Source: Octopus bimaculoides
Taxonomy: Eukaryota
DNA length: 64,000 bases
Reading direction: 5' to 3'
Assembly (NCBI RefSeq): GCF_001194135.2
Contig: NC_068985.1
Location: 16,414,275 to 16,478,274, forward strand
A program made the position numbers and the translations under genes. Positions 24,022-37,030 of this stretch are shown here, one piece after another. Each line of letters begins with the position of its first letter. The stretch's first letter is position 1. The notes beneath the pieces are model-generated. The model did no database searches. It saw only the letters and a list, made by a program, of their open reading frames with translations, and had not been told where the DNA came from.

Positions 24022-27000
24022 TGTGGTATGACGTCGGCGACTGGGGAGCTGACCAGAACCGTGAACTGATCGGAAGAGGAAGAAGGGCAGAGGGAGCCTC
24101 GATCGGGATTTCATGCCTTTTTTCGAACGGGGTTGTTGTGGGGAGAGGACGTGCTAAGCGATCGTCTAGGTGTTGGGAGAAGCAGCTGCTATTTCTAGTG
24201 TTCTTCGGGTCGGGCGAGCCGCGAGTATCGGATACCGCAGGACAGACTCGTGCAAAGGAAGGAAAACCGAGGTAAGCCGATTACTTCTACTCGCACGCAT
24301 ACACCACAAGCTATTTCGGCACCACGTGTAAAACTTCGCTGCGATGGCAGCCAAGATTAGAATCGCCAGCGACGTGATCAGGCCTTTTAATAGCGAGGGA
24401 GATGTAATGGCCTGGATGTGAAAGATCAGGCTTGTGGCGAAACTGCAAGGGATAAGCGATGTGGCGAGTCTCATGGCGCTATACTTGGAAGGGAGCGCCC
24501 TGGCCCTGTATTTAGAAATGGACGAGGAAGAGAGGTTAAGTGCGGAGAAGATCGAGCAGAGATTGAGAGAGACATATACGGAGAGCGAGTACACTGCCTT
24601 TGTTAAACTGGGAACTGTTAGATGGGGGGAGGGGGGAGAACAGGTGGATGAATACGCGGCAGAAGTGCGTAGNNNNNNNNNNNNNNNNNNNNNNNNNNNN
24701 NNNNNNNNNNNNNNNNNNNNNNNNNNNNNNNNNNNNNNNNNNNNNNNNNNNNNNNNNNNNNNNNNNNNNNNNNNNNNNNNGTTCCGACAGACGACGGCCG
24801 GAGAAAGGCGTGAGGAAGCCTACCGAGCAACGACAGCGGCCGTTCTCGGGCCGGTGTTTTAAATGTCAGGGGTCACACATGGCGAGGGAATGCGCCGAAT
24901 CGGGGCCCGTCTGCTATCGATGCAGGAAGACGGGGCACATCGCCCGTGATTGCGACCAGGGAAACAATCGTTGCTGCCTCTCAAACTTTCCGAGTAGAGG
25001 CGTTTGTGGAGACGCTGCCCATAGTCGAGGTCGATGCCGAGGAGAAGAAGTTCAAGGCCCTCGTGGACACGGGTTGCACGACTACCCTCGTGACACCAAG
25101 GGTAGCGAAGAAATGGGATGGGGCGAGTAGCGTCCGGGCGGTCGACAGCAGAGAGATCCGTTGCAAGGGCAGCTGCAGTGTGGAGATAGCGTTGCCGGGT
25201 GCTGCGCTAAAGCTACGGGTGATCGTAATCGAATATGTGATAGACAGGGGTTGATGTCGTGTTGGAGATGGACGCGATCAACCGTCTTGGTGGTGTTAGG
25301 ATTGCAGGAGATGAGGTCACGTTCGGAAGTGTGGGGGACATCGTGCGCCGTGAGTCGGGACCGCCGGGGAGATCAGAGCCCCGTCAGGGACAGCGCCGCT
25401 TACACCATCGAGGACAAAGATTTTCAGGCGGCGTTCGATGGTCGGAGGTGGACGATAGAGTGGCGATGGAAAGACGAGCCCCCACTACTAAAGAACAGGG
25501 TGAGCTGCTACCAGCATACTTTGAAAGGTCACGCCGGGGTCGAGTTCGACGAGGAGGTAGAGAGATGGATCAAGGAAGGAGTCCTTGTCCCGTGGAAAGA
25601 NNNNNNNNNNNNNNNNNNNNNNNNNNNNNNNNNNNNNNNNNNNNNNNNNNNNNNNNNNNNNNNNNNNNNNNNNNNNNNNNNNNNNNNNNNNNNNNNNNNN
25701 NNNNNNNNNNNNNNNNNNNNNNNNNNNNNNNNNNNNNNNNNNNNNNNNNNNNNNNNNNNNNNNNNNNNNNNNNNNNNNNNNNNNNNNNNNNNNNNNNNNN
25801 NNNNNNNNNNNNNNNNNNNNNNNNNNNNNNNNNNNNNNNNNNNNNNNNNNNNNNNNNNNNNNNNNNNNNNNNNNNNNNNNNNNNNNNNNNNNNNNNNNNN
25901 NNNNNNNNNNNNNNNNNNNNNNNNNNNNNNNNNNNNNNNNNNNNNNNNNNNNNNNNNNNNNNNNNNNNNNNNNNNNNNNNNNNNNNNNNNNNNNNNNNNN
26001 NNNNNNNNNNNNNNNNNNNNNNNNNNNNNNNNNNNNNNNNNNNNNNNNNNNNNNNNNNNNNNNNNNNNNNNNNNNNNNNNNNNNNNNNNNNNNNNNNNNN
26101 NNNNNNNNNNNNNNNNNNNNNNNNNNNNNNNNNNNNNNNNNNNNNNNNNNNNNNNNNNNNNNNNNNNNNNNNNNNNNNNNNNNNNNNNNNNNNNNNNNNN
26201 NNNNNNNNNNNNNNNNNNNNNNNNNNNNNNNNNNNNNNNNNNNNNNNNNNNNNNNNNNNNNNNNNNNNNNNNNNNNNNNNNNNNNNNNNNNNNNNNNNNN
26301 NNNNNNNNNNNNNNNNNNNNNNNNNNNNNNNNNNNNNNNNNNNNNNNNNNNNNNNNNNNNNNNNNNNNNNNNNNNNNNNNNNNNNNNNNNNNNNNNNNNN
26401 NNNNNNNNNNNNNNNNNNNNNNNNNNNNNNNNNNNNNNNNNNNNNNNNNNNNNTCTAGGAGAGCTGATCGCCGAGTTCGGACTGAAGCTGAACGTGGTTT
26501 TCGTGCCTTCGGAAAGAAACAGGGCGGACGCACTGACCAGGGTGAAAAGGGCGTTGCTGGAGGAACCGGAGAAAGCAAGGAAAGGGATAGCGGCAGCGTG
26601 TCGGCTAGGTGACTCCGAACTGGAGGAGCTACATGCTATGCACCACTTGGGGGTGGATAGGACCCTGTATCTAGCGAAGATGATTGATGCTGACGTCACT
26701 AGGAGAAACGTCAAGAAAGTGGTCGGGAACTGTGACAGATGCCAGTCCATTGACCCAGCCCCGGGTGGGCATGAGCAAGGGAACCTCTCAGTAGAGCGCA
26801 ACTGAAGGAGATCAGCTGTGGATGTGACGCACTACCGTCAGGGAATGTATCTCACCATGAGATTGCTCGCATTTTGAACGGGATATTCTTGGAGGGGTCC
26901 CGTGGAAGAACTGCTAATGGACAACGGGGCGGCGTTTCGTTCGGAAGCGTCGGGGGAAATGCTCGACCGGTGGAAGGTGCGACGATTGTTCAGAGCCGCA

Positions 27001-28007
27001 ACGGAATCGTTGAGAGGCACCATCGGACGATCAAGGCCATGGCTGAAAGGGGGCACATTTCGCCCCTGGAAGCGGTCTTTTGGTATAACATGTCNNNNNN
27101 NNNNNNNNNNNNNNNNNNNNNNNNNNNNNNNNNNNNNNNNNNNNNNNNNNNNNNNNNNNNNNNNNNNNNNNNNNNNNNNNNNNNNNNNNNNNNNNNNNNN
27201 NNNNNNNNNNNNNNNNNNNNNNNNNNNNNNNNNNNNNNNNNNNNNNNNNNNNNNNNNNNNNNNNNNNNNNNNNNNNNNNNNNNNNNNNNNNNNNNNNNNN
27301 NNNNNNNNNNNNNNNNNNNNNNNNNNNNNNNNNNNNNNNNNNNNNNNNNNNNNNNNNNNNNNNNNNNNNNNNNNNNNNNNNNNNNNNNNNNNNNNNNNNN
27401 NNNNNNNNNNNNNNNNNNNNNNNNNNNNNNNNNNNNNNNNNNNNNNNNNNNNNNNNNNNNNNNNNNNNNNNNNNNNNNNNNNNNNNNNNNNNNNNNNNNN
27501 NNNNNNNNNNNNNNNNNNNNNNNNNNNNNNNNNNNNNNNNNNNNNNNNNNNNNNNNNNNNNNNNNNNNNNNNNNNNNNNNNNNNNNNNNNNNNNNNNNNN
27601 NNNNNNNNNNNNNNNNNNNNNNNNNNNNNNNNNNNNNNNNNNNNNNNNNNNNNNNNNNNNNNNNNNNNNNNNNNNNNNNNNNNNNNNNNNNNNNNNNNNN
27701 NNNNNNNNNNNNNNNNNNNNNNNNNNNNNNNNNNNNNNNNNNNNNNNNNNNNNNNNNNNNNNNNNNNNNNNNNNNNNNAAGAAGGGCAGAGGGAGCCTCG
27801 ATCGGGACTTCGTGCCTTTTTTCGAACGGGGTTGTTGTGAGGAGGGGACGTGCTAAGCGATCGTCTAGGTGTTGAGAGAAGCAGCTGCTATTTCTAGTGT
27901 TCTTCGGGTCAGGCGAGCCGCGAGGATCGGATACCGCAGGACAGACTCGTGCAAAGGAAGGAAAACCGAGCTAAGCCGATTACTTCTACTCGCATGCATA
28001 CACCACA
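24022..28007 (+). mobile_element. GC-rich compact Gypsy/Ty3 LTR retrotransposon (~4 kb), inactivated
   Basis: LTRs at about 24022-24308 and (gap)27779-28007, ending CACCACA. gag from ATG 24344 with in-frame TGA at 24419, two CCHC knuckles, protease ALVDTG, RT in gap, RNaseH end RNRADALTR, integrase HHLG...CDRC, VDVTHY, DNGAAF, NGIVERHHRTIK. Confidence 0.93.
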
Positions 28008-28038
28008 ATTTGTATGTGTCTTTAGAAGATATGTACAA

Positions 28039-28638
28039 GGATCTTTGTGGTTTTCGTCATTGTTTACAATTTTGTTCCGATTGTTTTCAAATTTGGTATA
28101 TGGATTAAGTTTTGTATACTAATTATGAAAATGAAATTCATTTTCCCTATAAATTCATAATTAAAATGTTATTAGCCTTTAAAATATGCAAAATTTGGGT
28201 ATTTTAGCCAATCAGAAGCGAGTATTTTACATATCACCGTGGCGAAAATTTTTATTTCCATAGTAACCAAAGCAAAGAAGCACCACGTGTTGCATAGCTG
28301 ATTGCGAAGAACTGTTTCCATAGTAACCAAAGATGTTTGCGCATGTGCACAAGGAGGAAACAGAGATACGAGATAATTTATTTTATAAAATCCTAGTTTA
28401 AATGTTTTGACATGCCGGTGCCCACCTCCCCGATGTTGGAACGGCGAACGTGCTGTTTTCTGATTGGCTAAAAATTCTGAAAATTATCAAACTTTGAACA
28501 CCTGTAACATATTTGCAAAATTTTTCTAGAATAAATTAATAACAAATTCGGATTCAGCGTCAAAAATTACATCTATATGATACACTAAAAAAAGTTTTTA
28601 AAGATAATTGTAAACAGTGACGAAAACCACAAAGACCC
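28039..28638. mobile_element. MITE with ~32-bp terminal inverted repeats
   Basis: GATCTTTGTGGTTTTCGTCATTGTTTACAAT versus ATTGTAAACAGTGACGAAAACCACAAAGACC; internal AGCCAATCAGAA / TTCTGATTGGCT. Confidence 0.75.
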
Positions 28639-29019
28639 AGATCGGATCTTTTGTTACAGAAGCGTTCACATTTAAATGAACTCGTCTGAGTTGCGAGATG
28701 GACAGAAAGATGTGAGGGTTGCTGGTTATATCAAGGATGAGTCTTTTTATTGTTTTTTTATAAGGTGAACACAAATAGAAGNNNNNNNNNNNNNNNNNNN
28801 NNNNNNNNNNNNNNNNNNNNNNNNNNNNNNNNNNNNNNNNNNNNNNNNNNNNNNATGCTTTGTGAAAAAAATGGGGTCTTAGGCGGAAGGCTTTTGATCG
28901 TAGGTCTGTTCAACCAAAGCTGATTGCAAGATTTCCTCTTCAGTTTTACATCCATTTTTTTTTTTTCTGTGAATCTACAATGTGTAAATGCCATCGTTAA
29001 CCATTCTCTCTACGGACAT

Positions 29020-29289
29020 TGTGGAGGCGCAATGGCCCAGTGGGTAGGGCAGCGAACTTGCGGTCATGGGATCGCGGTTTCGATTCCCAGACCGGGTGTT
29101 GAGTGTTTATTGAGCGAAAACACTTAAAGTTCCACGAGACTCCGGCAGTGGGTGGTAGCGAACCCTGCTGTACTCTTTCACCACAACTTTCCCTAACTCT
29201 TTCTTCCTGCTTCTGTTGTACCTGTATTTCAAAGGGCCAGCCTTATTACACTGTGTCATGCTGAATATCCCCGAGAACTACATTAAGGG
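29020..29289 (+). repeat. tRNA-derived SINE truncated by the adjacent LTR
   Basis: GGAGGCGCAATGGCCCAGTGG A-box-like head and GGTTTCGATTCCC B-box-like motif. Confidence 0.7.
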
Positions 29290-30216
29290 TGTAAACTACC
29301 GTGTGAAGGAGAGGTGACGAGAATGGCTCCTTTAGTACATTACACGGTCGATATGATAAAATATGAAAAGGATAAATGAGTACAAGTGCCAGAAGGAAAA
29401 GAGAGAAACAACCGGGGTAGAATGTTTAAGTGAAGATTTTATTTATATGTTAACATGTGTTTGCGTCATATAAACATAATAATAGACAGGCCGTCGTGTA
29501 TACAAAGTGTGTGCACAAACATGGATGTATGCGTGTGCGATAAGTAAGAAGCATTGAAAGAGTCTATAATATGACGTTAGAAGAATGTTCAGACACAAGG
29601 ATGATAGATACCAGTTTGTAATCAATGTATACGATAGTTGAAATGCTGTATCAAGAAGTTGTGGCTGTAATGCAGAGCCAGTTGAGGTACATGAAGCCGT
29701 GGCTACGATGCAGAGCCGGTCACTTGTTACAGGAGTTCTCGCAGGTTGTATTTGCTGTTAACCATGAAGTAATTCACAAACAGTGTTGAGATAGAACCTG
29801 TGCGAGTGTTGCTGTTTGGTGCGTACGTAGAGAGACGACATTGATGTTAGGACGAATGCTGTATGGACGAAGTGTTGATGAGTCTCCATGTGGCTGATGT
29901 TGTGTCGTCACTGGAACTGGCTGTGTGCTCTGTGGTCAGTGGCTAGACCTCAAAAGGTCTGGAACCGAAAGACGTCGACTCGATGTGTCGCTGAAGTTTT
30001 ATAGCGTGCAGTCGGCTCACCAGATGTTTAGAAGAGACTGTCTCACGTGACCTTATCTGAAGGCTGCGATTGGTTGGGTTGCATCTTGGCATGCAATAGA
30101 GCAAAAGACAAATTGCACCAATACGAACCAATCAGAGTAGTGGACACAGCAGGGTCCAAAAGGGTGGCCGAAGGCTAGCTGTTATCTACTACATCCGTAT
30201 TTATGTATATATAACA
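29290..30216 (-). mobile_element. Probable solo LTR (~930 bp)
   Basis: TG...CA termini, AATAAA about 150 bp from the minus-strand 3' end, homologous fragments at 9470 and 12833. No TSD recognised. Confidence 0.6.
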
Positions 30217-32463
30217 GAGAGAGAGGAAATACATGGGTACCCCAACAAGAAAGAGGGAAAGGATGATAGACACATACACACACTCTCAAAAATTTTTAGG
30301 GTTTGGGCAAATATAGTTATGGGAAAACCATGGGTACTAAGTAGTGTAAATTAAAAACAAAAGTAACAGCATTTGCTAGAAACCAACATTAAGACAATCA
30401 CAGTTTAAAGTACTTTAATGTAACCATAACAATTACAAACTACAACTGGAACTTCAAATGATAAACAAATTTAAAATCAATAGAAAAGATGTACACTTAT
30501 GATTATTGTGCCAATTGGACTGATACACAAAGGCTTTATTTTCGTTTTTTCCGTGAGGCAGCACTTCATCATCATTCCCATCTTTATTACCATGATTGTT
30601 CTGTATTATGAAAACCTGTAGCTGCTTTTGGGTTTCTTTATAACAGATAAAGAATGCTTACTTCTTCTGAGTAAGCACAAGGCCAATTTTTCCCGAACAG
30701 TTGAATCTCTGATTAAATCACTACCTGGATATTATTCTTATATATTTTATCTAGCCCTGATGAATAAACATATAAAGTGTATACAAGAGCACATAAGGAC
30801 AAAACCAAATACTATAATGGATTTATTTTGGTGATCTATTATTTCTGATATCATTCTAGTTTTAATACACGTAATAATTGATGTGCATTGATGTTTTTGA
30901 TTTTTTTTTTAAATTACCCAAACTACATGGAACATGGAGTTGATGCCAACTCATAAAATATGGATTTATTTAAAGTGGAATAGATAGTTTGGAAAATAAA
31001 TAAATCATAATTTTCCAGCTTCCAAGAATAAAAGATATATAAATATAGATAAAATTTAGATTTAATCAGCTTTAAAGCGGTTTCCTATTTAAAGACTAGT
31101 TTCAGAAGACCTTGAATATCAGAACTGTTTAGTCAGATGTTGAAGATCCTTGTTTCTTCTTGTAAGCAAAGACTGGATGAAGAATGGTTTAACAGCAGCA
31201 TGTTGGATACAAAGAAAATATCAGCTATATACATGAGTTTTATAAAATCTCAGTGAAAAGTAAAAACCAGCTGCAGTAGCTTAGCACCAATTTTGATGTA
31301 GATCAGTAAACTGTAAGCTTACATCAACAGTTGATTACAAACACCATATTTGAGTACAATTCACATTTATGAGGTTCCCGTAATTGTGGAAATGAAATCC
31401 TATAAAAATCCATCTCTCATGTATGATACAGAGTTTTTCTTTAGAATCATTTCAGGCTATCAGATATGGAGATTGTAATGGCAGGATGGCACAATGTATG
31501 TAAAAAGGTGTGTTTGATCAGCAATATTATAATTGCTGAATGAAATCATATTTGCATCAATATCAACTAGAACTATTACATTGAAAAGGTTCATCCTAAA
31601 TGAAATGAAAAGCAAATTCAAAAGTGACCTACTAGCTTTGTCAGTGTAGACCATAAAAATGACTTTATTGTAAAATCAGCATTGAGGAAATCACACTATG
31701 TTTTTTTATTTTTATTCCAAGTAAATTCATTTGGTTTTCATAATTGTGGTGTACTTAACAAATGGCAGAGTTTAAACCTTGCAGAAAATTTGCATCCTTA
31801 ATCTTTAGATTTTTAAATGACTATTTCTTTATTGTTTATTATTCACACTGAAATGATCTGTTTATAAGATAAATGTGACTTCCAAAAGTATCCACTTTAG
31901 CTATTCTTTCAGCTTCATCCTAAAGTTTAACAGGTACCAAGAGATATTAATACAAGAACATATTTGATTGTTCTTTTACAAACAAAAAGGTACATTATAC
32001 TCCACTCATAATACCAGATACATAAAACTTTTGATAGAAGTAAAATGTAACATCTCCAAGTGAAAGCGAAAAATATTGCTAAGTAGATAATATTTTTGAA
32101 GAGGTTAGATTTCAAATGTTAAGTAGTCTAACTAAAAAACGATTTTAAAAAGCAAATTACTATTCTACTTTTAAAATTCATCAAAGTTAGAGTGAAAATG
32201 TTTAAATAACACTATTAAAGATGAGAAACATCAGAATACAAAAAAAATGCAAGAAAGAGAAATGAAAATGGTTTAAGAAATTAGTGTTGCATGAGTTGAG
32301 TTGTTAAGCTTAAGATTTTTAACCTAGAAGAGAACAGATAATTATTTAATCAAATGGAACAAGCAAAAAAAATTATGTAAATAACAAACTTTATAAAAAA
32401 AAAAGGGAGGGGGTCATTAGCAAGAAATTTATGTAAAAAATAGAGTTTGTAATGTGAATAATG

Positions 32464-32681
32464 CTAAAGATCATAGCTTAGGTACTGTCCAATGATGGCA
32501 ATAAATACGAGGAAAACAGTGCTGTACAGGCTTGATCCACTATTGCATTTATCTTTGTCTGTGCAGTAACAATAAAACATTTTTATATCATCAGTGCCAA
32601 CTTTATAGCTGCATTTGCCGACGTCACCATCTTCTGCACACTGTCTGATGTATCGCATTTCCCACTCGTCGCCAACTTTGA
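32464..32681 (-). CDS. Ly6/three-finger gene B, terminal coding exon (crooked/Quiver-like LU C-terminus plus GPI-type tail)
   Basis: Acceptor TATTTTTCAG|; (I)KVGDEWEMRYIRQCAEDGDVGKCSYKVGTDDIKMFYCYCTDKDKCNSGSSLYSTVFLVFIAIIGQYLSYDL*. Ends the 10-Cys domain in CxC...CN, followed by small residues and a hydrophobic tail. Confidence 0.93.
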
Positions 32682-32988
32682 CTGAAAAATACAAAGAATA
32701 ATTTAATTAGATTAATCTGAAGTTTCATCAAAGAGACCATCATCATCATTTAGCATCCACTTTTCCATGCTCACATGGGTTGAACATATTTTGCTTAAGT
32801 AGATTCTCCTATAGCTGGATCCCCTTCCTATCACCAACCCTTGACCGTTTTCCATATGACCAGACATGTTTTCATGGAAGATTGGAAATGAAGGACATTG
32901 CTTGCATCAATCATGATGACACTGGTTTTCAACTATCACATGGAATCAAGGCAAGATAATTTAGTGGTCAAGCAAAAGACGTGTGTGC

Positions 32989-33076
<88 letters not shown>

Positions 33077-33459
33077 TTTTGGGGATTTATAGATATGTGG
33101 GTATTCTATTTCAGATTATGCAAAAAATAACATAACGAGTATATCTGAAGGTAAACTCGTGGTACCTACATATGCACATCAAGAAATAATACTTTAACCC
33201 TTTCGTTACCATATTTCTAACCAAATTACACCCCTTATGTGTTTCAATTAATTTCTAACATAATCATAAATTTAGGCTGGTTTCATTAAACAACTCTAAC
33301 TTTTTTATTTATCAACATATTAATGTGATTTTTGGAAGATAATTTAACGAAAGGTTCTCAACCAATTCTATACCAGTTCACCAGCAGGGTATAAAATATA
33401 CTTCCTTAATTATCTCCTACTTAAGTTAAAATTATCATTGCCTCAGATATACATGCACA

Positions 33460-33840
33460 GACACAGTAGTGTGGTTAAAAAGTTTGTTTTGCAACCACAT
33501 GGTTTCAGGTTCAATCCCACTGTGCAGCACCTTGGGCAAGTGTTTTCTGTAGCCCTGGGCCAACCAAAGCCTTGTGAGTGAATTTGGTAGATAGATACTG
33601 TGTGGAAACCCATTATGTGTATATATAAACTATGTGGAAACCCATTGTGTGTGTGTCCACAGCACCACTTGATAACAGATGTTGGTGTGTTTATGTCCCC
33701 ATAATTTAGTGGTTCAGCAAAAGAAATCAATAGAATAAGCACCGCACTTTAAGAAATAAATAATGTGATCGATTAAATACTTCAAGACAATGCCCCACAA
33801 TGACTACAGTCCCATGACTAAAAGAAGTAAAAGAATAAAA
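33460..33840 (+). repeat. tRNA-derived SINE (abundant Octopus-type family)
   Basis: GTGTGGTTAAAAAGTTTG...GGTTCAATCCCACTG...CACCTTGGGCAAGTG... Fragments also at about 3020, 20660, 44500, 50220, 50840, 52900 and 53990. Confidence 0.75.
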
Positions 33841-34479
33841 GAATAGCAATATTGGATTCAATGGCAGCACATGGTTTAATGGTTAGGGTGTTGGACTAAT
33901 GATTAAAGGATTGTGGTTTCAATTCCTGGACTGGGTGACGTGCTATGTTCTTGAGCAAAACACTTCATTCCACATTGTTCAAGCTCACTCAGCTGATAGA
34001 AATAAGTAATTCTGCAATGGACCAGCTTCCCACCCAGGGAGGGAGAGAGACACCAGAGAAACCAGGTAACTGGCCTTATGCTCCTTATGGAGTAATGTGA
34101 ATTAACCAATAATGGATTCTAATGAGGTATTTCTATGTGATGGTCCACATTAAAATAAACACAAAATTTCTGATGTATCTCAGTAACAGAGTCACTACTT
34201 TTTTTTAAATGCCTTGATTACAAAAGCTCAATGTCCACTGCATCATAGCTACTGAAATAGCCTTATGTGCTGCTCAACACCACTGAGCATGTGAGCTTTC
34301 CTGTCAACAACTGTCAACTGGCACTTTACAACACCATCAGATTTCCCTAGATGTTTTGTGTTTGAGTTCATGTTCAAATTTACACTAGTCTACAAAGCTG
34401 GACTTGTTTATGTTGTATCTTTGTAGGTCCTACAATTTAATGGAACATATAATATAATTAAAGGGTGAGTTAAAAGTTT

Positions 34480-34740
34480 TGGGACATATAACATAATCTA
34501 CTTTATTAGAATACATATTTTTAATGAGATGTAGAACAATTTTGTGGGACATATATTGTAACATGTAACATAATTTAAGAGACATAACAATTTATAATAT
34601 AATGAAGTATATAACAATATAATAGGACATATAACAATTTAATGGGATGTGTAACATAATTTAATGGGACACATAACATGATTTAATGGTATGTATAACA
34701 GTTTAATAGGACATATAATATAATTCAATGGAACATACAT
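34480..34740. repeat. Degenerate ~20-bp minisatellite (GGACATATAACAATTTAAT-like)
   Basis: Recurring GGACAT/ATAACA/TTTAAT blocks inside gene B intron 2. Confidence 0.6.
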
Positions 34741-34910
34741 AGATATCACCAAAATAAATACTATACTGAAATTAGTAATGGACTCAATATGAGCAAAAAA
34801 AATTTTCAACATGTTGCACCAATATGGCCAGAGTCAATAACAGAAATCAGTAAAAGAATAATAAAAAAACATTGGTTATTTGTTGGTAATTATAAAAATA
34901 AGATACTTAC

Positions 34911-35039
34911 TTTTCTGCACAACTTTTCTACATCCCTTGTGTGTATCAGAGCAATTCTGCACAAACTCAAAATTACTTAATGATAGCCCACAGCCTTCAT
35001 TATAAAATGAGTTGCAATTATAGCATTGAAGTCCATATC
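34911..35039 (-). CDS. Ly6/three-finger gene B, coding exon 2
   Basis: Acceptor TTTTTAAAG|, donor |GTAAGT, 129 nt, phase 1/1: (G)YGLQCYNCNSFYNEGCGLSLSNFEFVQNCSDTHKGCRKVVQK. Confidence 0.93.
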
Positions 35040-35538
35040 CTTTAAAAATTACAAAAAGACAAAACATTTCTTAATTTATAACAAGACATTGATATGTATG
35101 TTTGTCTGCATGTATGCATGTCATTGTTCACTTTTATTTCAAAATTTTTTGCCAATAGGAGAAAGAGCTGGTTTCTAACCTAGATCCAAGGCTCCTTCAT
35201 TGGAATTTCAACATCAACAACATGGTATTTTTGATTGTATGCATGTATGTATGTATATATGCATGTATGTATATATATGTGCAGATTTGTATATTTTGCT
35301 TTATGCATGTATTCTCATGCATATCGTTGACGAATGTTGGTGTTGTGCATGTGTGTGAGCGTGTGTGAAAATAGGGTCATAACCCCGAAATATTGAATAC
35401 AAGGTAAGTCTCCAATAATTCACATATTTATTTTATTGTGATTTACCTTGCATTTACTTCGCATTGTTTTGGCCTTACCCACGATCCTTTATACAATATA
35501 TTCTAATATATTCTACACAATGCTTCATAGTAATTATT

Positions 35539-35575
<37 letters not shown>

Positions 35576-35630
35576 CATACACCATATATACATATACATA
35601 TATATACATATACACATATATATACATATA

Positions 35631-35721
<91 letters not shown>

Positions 35722-35788
35722 AATCCAAACAAGAACAAGCAAGAAAAAAACAACAACATGAGGATGTGGTACAAGTACTGTGTTATTA

Positions 35789-35850
35789 GACGCTCAAGAG
35801 AGGAAAGAAAAGAAAGAGGATTTCACATTTTGAGCGGAGCTCTTCATCAG
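35789..35850 (-). ncRNA. Decayed minimal hammerhead-ribozyme motif (Penelope-type terminal repeat)
   Basis: Minus strand: CTGATGA-A-GAGC tcc GCTC-AAAATGT...TGAGCGTC. The GAAACG core is altered to AAAATG. Confidence 0.55.
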
Positions 35851-36392
35851 AAATATAGAAAAAGTCCAAAGAAGGCAAGACAGAGAAAGTAAATCGCCAA
35901 CAATACATATGCGGTCACCGCTAGCCACTAAACCTTTTTTTTCTTCTCTCTGTGTTTATTTCTGTGTTCCTTTCTGTTGAAGAACGTAGGCTCGAAACAT
36001 AAAAGACGTTCTCACTTATCAAACGTTAAACTAATACATCTGTTTGTTGTTTACACACCCGTCTTCGTCTTTTGTTTTGTTTGTTTTTTTGTAAATTCCA
36101 ACTATATATATATACATACATATATATATGTATACACACATACATATATATATATATATACATACATACATACATATATATATGTATATATGTATGTGTG
36201 TGTGTGTGTGTGTGTGAGTAAAAATAAATACAAAAAAAGGGTTTTGTATGATCGTGTATAGAGGAATATATTATTTTATTTAAAAGAGTTCCAACTCTGT
36301 TTTTTATATTTTATTTATATTCTTGTAAAATTAATGTGGGATATAGAATATGGAATATATAATATATAATATAAAAATAGATNNNNNNNNNN

Positions 36393-36640
36393 ATCATCAT
36401 CATCATTGTTTAACGTCCGCTTTCCATGCTAGCATGGGTTGGACGATTTGACTGAGGACTGGTGAAACCGGATGGCAACACCAGGCTCCAATCTAATTTG
36501 GCAGAGTTTCTACAGCTGGATGCCCTTCCTAACGCCAACCACTCAGAGAGTGTAGTGGGTGCTTTTACGTGTCACCCGCACGAAAACGGCCACGCTCAAA
36601 ATGGTGTCTCTTATGTGCCACCCGCACAAGAGCCAGTCCA
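36393..36640 (-). mobile_element. Young RTE-type 3' end
   Basis: (ATC)n tail then CGCTTTCCATGCTAGCATGGGTTGGACG..., near-identical to 4165 and 53065. Confidence 0.85.
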
Positions 36641-36829
36641 GGGATACATATAAAGTAACTGGACTATTGCCATAGTAACAAAGCTAAAGGATGCAGAGTG
36701 AAGCTGCTTGGCAAAGATTGACCTTGAGCTCTGCTGCACATGCACACTAAGTTTTAATGTTCTAGCTTACTTCTGCTATTTACAACAGTGCTTAGAAGGA
36801 AGGTGTGTAGTATGTGATCATCGCATTGA

Positions 36830-37030
36830 CTATGACAGAGAAAGTTCTCAAGGTGATAACTGCTCAGAGGCTTACAAAAAGTTGCAGAAAGTGTATGGAG
36901 AGGAGTATATGAGCCGCACACATGTGTATGAGTGGTTCAGACGTTTCATATATAACCATAAAAATGTCCATATTGATGAACGTTCTGAGAGACTTGCAAC
37001 CAGCAGAAGTAAGAAAATCCTTCACTTCCT
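36830..37030 (+). mobile_element. Mariner transposase N-terminal HTH fragment
   Basis: EAYKKLQKVYGEEYMSRTHVYEWFRRF...DERSER. Confidence 0.8.

Noticed and set aside
35448-35892. ORFs rich in IY/YI, CV or TH (also about 38300, 39900, 55350)
   Set aside because: Translations of (AT)n, (GT)n and (ATAC)n microsatellites.
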